Below are positions 60,301 to 63,862 of a stretch of 63,862 nt of DNA, one piece after another. Position numbers and translations under genes: made by a program. The stretch's first letter is position 1. Every line of letters starts with the position of its first letter. Source of the stretch: Chrysemys picta bellii (taxonomy: Eukaryota); contig NC_088807.1 of NCBI RefSeq assembly GCF_011386835.1, positions 19,406,139 to 19,470,000 on the forward strand. The letters are read 5' to 3'. The notes beneath the pieces were generated by a model. That model searched no databases, was not told the origin of the DNA, and saw only the letters and a list, made by a program, of their open reading frames with translations.

Positions 60301-63300
60301 CTAGGGCACCCCCCTCGGGCGGCTGGAATAGGCCTCAGCCAGGATCAGCCCCAGGACGAGCAGGACCACGGCGCTCAGTGCCAGGTGGGTGATGTTGGCG
60401 TAGGTGAAATCCGGGCGCCCCGGGGGGGCTGCTGTGGGGGGAAGGGAAGAGTCACTCGGTGGCTTGGATAGGGAGATCAGCAGCTGGTGCTGCCCCGGGA
60501 GCGGAGCCCCCAACCCCCCCGTCCGTCAGGTCTGGTCCTGGGGCCTCAGCTTCCCCAACAAAGCAGTTGCCCAGGTGGACGAACTGCCCCTGTCCCGAGG
60601 CCCCACCCCCCACTCACTCCATCCCCCTCCCTCCATCGCTTGGTCTCCCCCATCCTCACTCACTCGCTCATTTTCACTGGGCTGGGGCAGGGGCTTGGGG
60701 TGCACCAGGATCCCTTTGCAATCTGATGTTCCTGTCAAAAACCAGACACCTGGCAACCCTAGTCCCAGGCCCCGCCCAGGCACCCAGCTGGGCCCAACCC
60801 CATAGCCAGGCCCCCCGGATCCTGTCCCTCTCCTGGGATCCCCCAGTAGCTTCCAGGCAAGAACCTACAGGGCAGGAGGTGCCGGAGGAGCTGGGGGTCT
60901 GGTGGTGAGGGATGGGCAGGGGCTGCCCCTCCCCCTGGTGTCTGGGCTCATGCACCAAGAGTCACTGCCCCCATCCCGCCCGACCAGCCCCAACCCCGGC
61001 TGCAGCTCCTTGGGCAGCACGAGCCTTCCAGGGCTGGTTGGATGGTGATTCCCCCCTGGCCCTGGTACCTGTCCCCGCACTGCCTGGGCGGGTGGGAGCC
61101 GTCGCTGGTCCAGGCTGGGTCGGGTCAGTTCCCCCTGCGGGAATAGATCCAGCATCTGTCGGGGTGTGGGGAGGGGCTGAAACACTGACTCAGCAATTGC
61201 CCCCCCTGGGGGAAAGGGTGTTTGTGTGGCTGGGGCCAGTACCATAGGGAGCCACTGGGTCCTGACCCCTCTGTGCAACCCCAGAGCAGGGACAGCCATC
61301 TGGGGGCTGGGATCCCCCCTCAGCACCAAATCTCCAGCAGTTTCTGCTCCTCCCTGGCTTGGGGAACCCCCCAGTGACTCCCCGGCCGGGCGGCCGCTCT
61401 GCTGGGCCCAGGGCTCAGGGCAGAGCCTGGCTCTGAGCGTCTCATCAGGGCAGAGCCCCCAAGGGTCCAGCTGGGTGTGGGGCTAGGAGCGGGGACGTGG
61501 AGCTGGGCCCCTCACCTGCTACCACCAGCTGCACGGTGTTGCTGGGCTGCGAGGAGACGAAGGGCTCTGATGGGTGCCGGTAGCTGCAGCTGTAGCTCCC
61601 TCCGTGCTGCCGGCCCACGGTGGGGATGCGGAACTCGGCCCTGGCCCCAGCAGGGTCCACGTGTCGCTGCGGGTTCCGGTCTCCAGCCTTGTGCAGGAAG
61701 AACCTCACGTACCGGTGCTGCCCCTGACACCGGATGGTGACGTCTGCCCCTGGGACGGTGACCCCGGTGGGTCTCAGAGATATGGAGGGTCTGGGTAAGC
61801 TGGGATCTGTGCACAGGAGACAGGTTGTAAGAGCCAGACCCGGGCACCCACCCAGCCCCGGCCACCTGAGCCGGCCCCAACCACCACAGATCCAGGGGCC
61901 CCTGGGCAGAGATTCTCTCCCAGATCCCAGAGCTCTCCCCACCCAGAATCCCGGCCCTGCGAGCTGGGCTCCCAGCCCCACAGACACTGAGCCGCGGCTC
62001 CCTAGTGCTTGGGATCCTCATATGCCGTGTGTGACCCCCGCCTCATTCACTGCGTCCGGCCTGCCCCGGACAGAGCGACTCATGGGCTGGTCTCTGGCGC
62101 CCGGCACCGCAGGGCCCAGGGTTGCTGGTGTCCAGTTTTCAGCTGGAAAGTGGGTTGAAAAGGGAACCTGGCAGTGCCGCTGACCGGACACTGTCTCATT
62201 CCCTGCAGTACCCAGACTCTGCCACCAGGGGGCAGGAAGAGCAGCTGAGCTACTCTGCCCCACTCACCCCCACCCCCACTGTGCAGCTCTCCCCCCCCAT
62301 CCTGTCCCACTCACCCCTACCCCCACCCCTGGAGCACGGCTCACCTGGCAGGGGGGCAGAGGGAGGGTGGTGGAGAGAGCAGCGAGTGACGGTGGGGAAG
62401 GGGGGGAAGAGGAGCAGGGGATAGGGCCTCAGTGAAGAGGCGGAGCAGGGGGCGGGGGAGGTTCCGATGCTCAATATCTGGTTTTCACTAGCAGGGCCTG
62501 AGCCCCCCACAGGAAGGGAGTCACCCCCAGGGAGGCGGGGAGGGGTCATTACCCCCATTTTACATGGGGGAAACTGAGGCACAAACAGATTCACTTTCCT
62601 CAGTGAGCTCCCAGGGGCAGGGACTGTCTCTTCACTCTGTGTTTATGCAGTGCCTGGCACAACAGGGCCCTGATCATGGCGGGGGCCCTACGTCCTCCCC
62701 CAACACAAGGGATCCAGCGCTATTGAGGCCAGCGTTTGGAGAGGTCTCCACTAACTGTGGGGGTCTCGGGTTGTGGGCGCTTGGCCTGAGATCCCCCAAG
62801 ATTGAAGCCCCCCTCCAATGAAGGACACTTTTGAAAACCGCGACATGCTCCCATCACGCAGAGTCTGTGGCCGCGCCAGGAGCTGGGCCGGATCTTCTGG
62901 GTCCCAGCCCAGCGCCGTGTCCACCAAGACACCGCTCCTCACGCAGCCCCTGCCTCATTGAGCCCAGCCAGGGCACTGCCTGGGGCAGGGCCTGGAGAAC
63001 GGGGGGGATGGGATCACAGGATTAAATAGCGACTCACGGTTCCTACGCACAAGGGGCAGCTTTCAAGTAGCCTCCCTGCCCCGAGTCTCCAGGGGCTGCT
63101 GCTCCCCCCTAGCTGGGGAACCCCCCAGTGACTCCATCCCCGCTCCCCGGCCGGGCGTCCCCTCTGCTGGGCCAAGTGTCTGTCTAGGTGTGGAGCTGAG
63201 AGCTGGGACCCCGAGCCTGGTCTGGATCCGAGTCGGGGGGATGATAGCAGGTGTTGCTGCCTCCGTCTGCCCGGCTCGCTTTGGGGATGGGAAATTTGAC

Positions 63301-63862
63301 CCCAGCCGAGTCCCCGCCCGGCGCTGCTGCGTTCCTGGCCCCAGCCTTGTCCAGAACAAACTCCAGACCCCGGCGCTGACCCTGACACTGGACGGTCACA
63401 GCTCCTCCCAGGGTGACCCCCCGCTGGGCTGAGGGAGATGGAGGGTTTGGGGGAGCTGAGCTCTGCACTGGGAGGAGACGGGACGTGAGACAGACCCCGG
63501 CACAGTCACTGTGCCCCGTCCCCAGCATGGAGCATCAGCGACGGGGCAGAGACAGGGTCAGGGTCTCCCCTGGGATCCAGGGCACCAAAGCACCACGGGG
63601 CCAAGATATCCCCCCTCCACCCAACCTTCAGTGCTTGGGCTGGACGTCCCATCTGCTGGGATCCGTCTGGGTGTGAGGATGGGAGCCAAGGTGCTGGCTG
63701 GGCCCCTCACCTGCTACAATGATCTGTACAGGGTCGCTGGGCTCCGAGAAGGCAACTGGTCCTGCTCTGTAGGTATAACGACAGGTGTAGCTGCCACCGT
63801 GTTCCCGTCTGGCGCTGGTGATGGGGAATTCAGCCTCAGAGCCAGCAGGGTCTGTGTGAGTC
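60301..63862 (-). CDS. 3' part of a leukocyte-receptor-complex-type Ig receptor (LILR/OSCAR/CHIR-like), short-tailed activating type
   Basis: Ig exons 63862-63711 (partial; HGGSYTCRY...FSEPSDPVQIIVA) and 61806-61516 (PRPSISLRP...VTIRC...HGGSYSCSY...SQPSNTVQLVVA), stalk exon 61155-61069 and TM exon 60431-60301 (DFTYANITHLALSAVVLLVLGLILAEAY...*). All are phase 1. Confidence 0.85.
63184..63462 (-). pseudogene. Degenerate Ig exon within the LRC-type gene
   Basis: ELSSPKPSISLSP shifts frame to GVTLGGAVTVQCQGQRRGLEFVLDKAG...GGSNTCY. No intact donor; stop at 63184-63186. Confidence 0.7.

Overview
GC-rich vertebrate genomic DNA with introns, almost certainly turtle: it carries a tortoise-type tRNA-derived SINE, CR1 and Penelope fragments and turtle-style Gypsy LTRs. 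It looks like a region homologous to human 19q13. Recognisable genes are the last exon of a GSG1-family gene (598-925), a complete 5-exon FAM83E (28185-34550) with an intronless SPACA4/Bouncer nested in intron 3 (31162-31527), and the 3' part of a leukocyte-receptor-complex-type Ig receptor (60301-63862, minus strand). The main unexplained content is a cluster of three unnamed genes flanking FAM83E: gene A (+, ~3.5-23.2 kb), gene B (-, 37.2-42.0 kb) and gene C (-, 49.1-52.9 kb). They are built almost entirely from symmetric phase-1 exons encoding 13 intact LOTUS/OST-HTH-like domains (plus 1 decayed) and Pro-rich disordered linkers. No Tudor, NYN or RRM domain is visible. Genes A and C end in CaaL prenylation motifs (CILL*, CVLL*), suggesting an undescribed family of membrane-anchored, LOTUS-only, possibly germ-granule scaffold proteins still expanding by exon duplication. 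The window also holds a young non-autonomous Gmr1-like (SCAN-Gag) LTR element with complete cis signals, nested solo LTRs, hAT/Harbinger/Tc1 MITEs and a 500-N gap. All gene models are my manual splice-site reconstructions. Domain names rest on motif recognition from memory, not on a database search.
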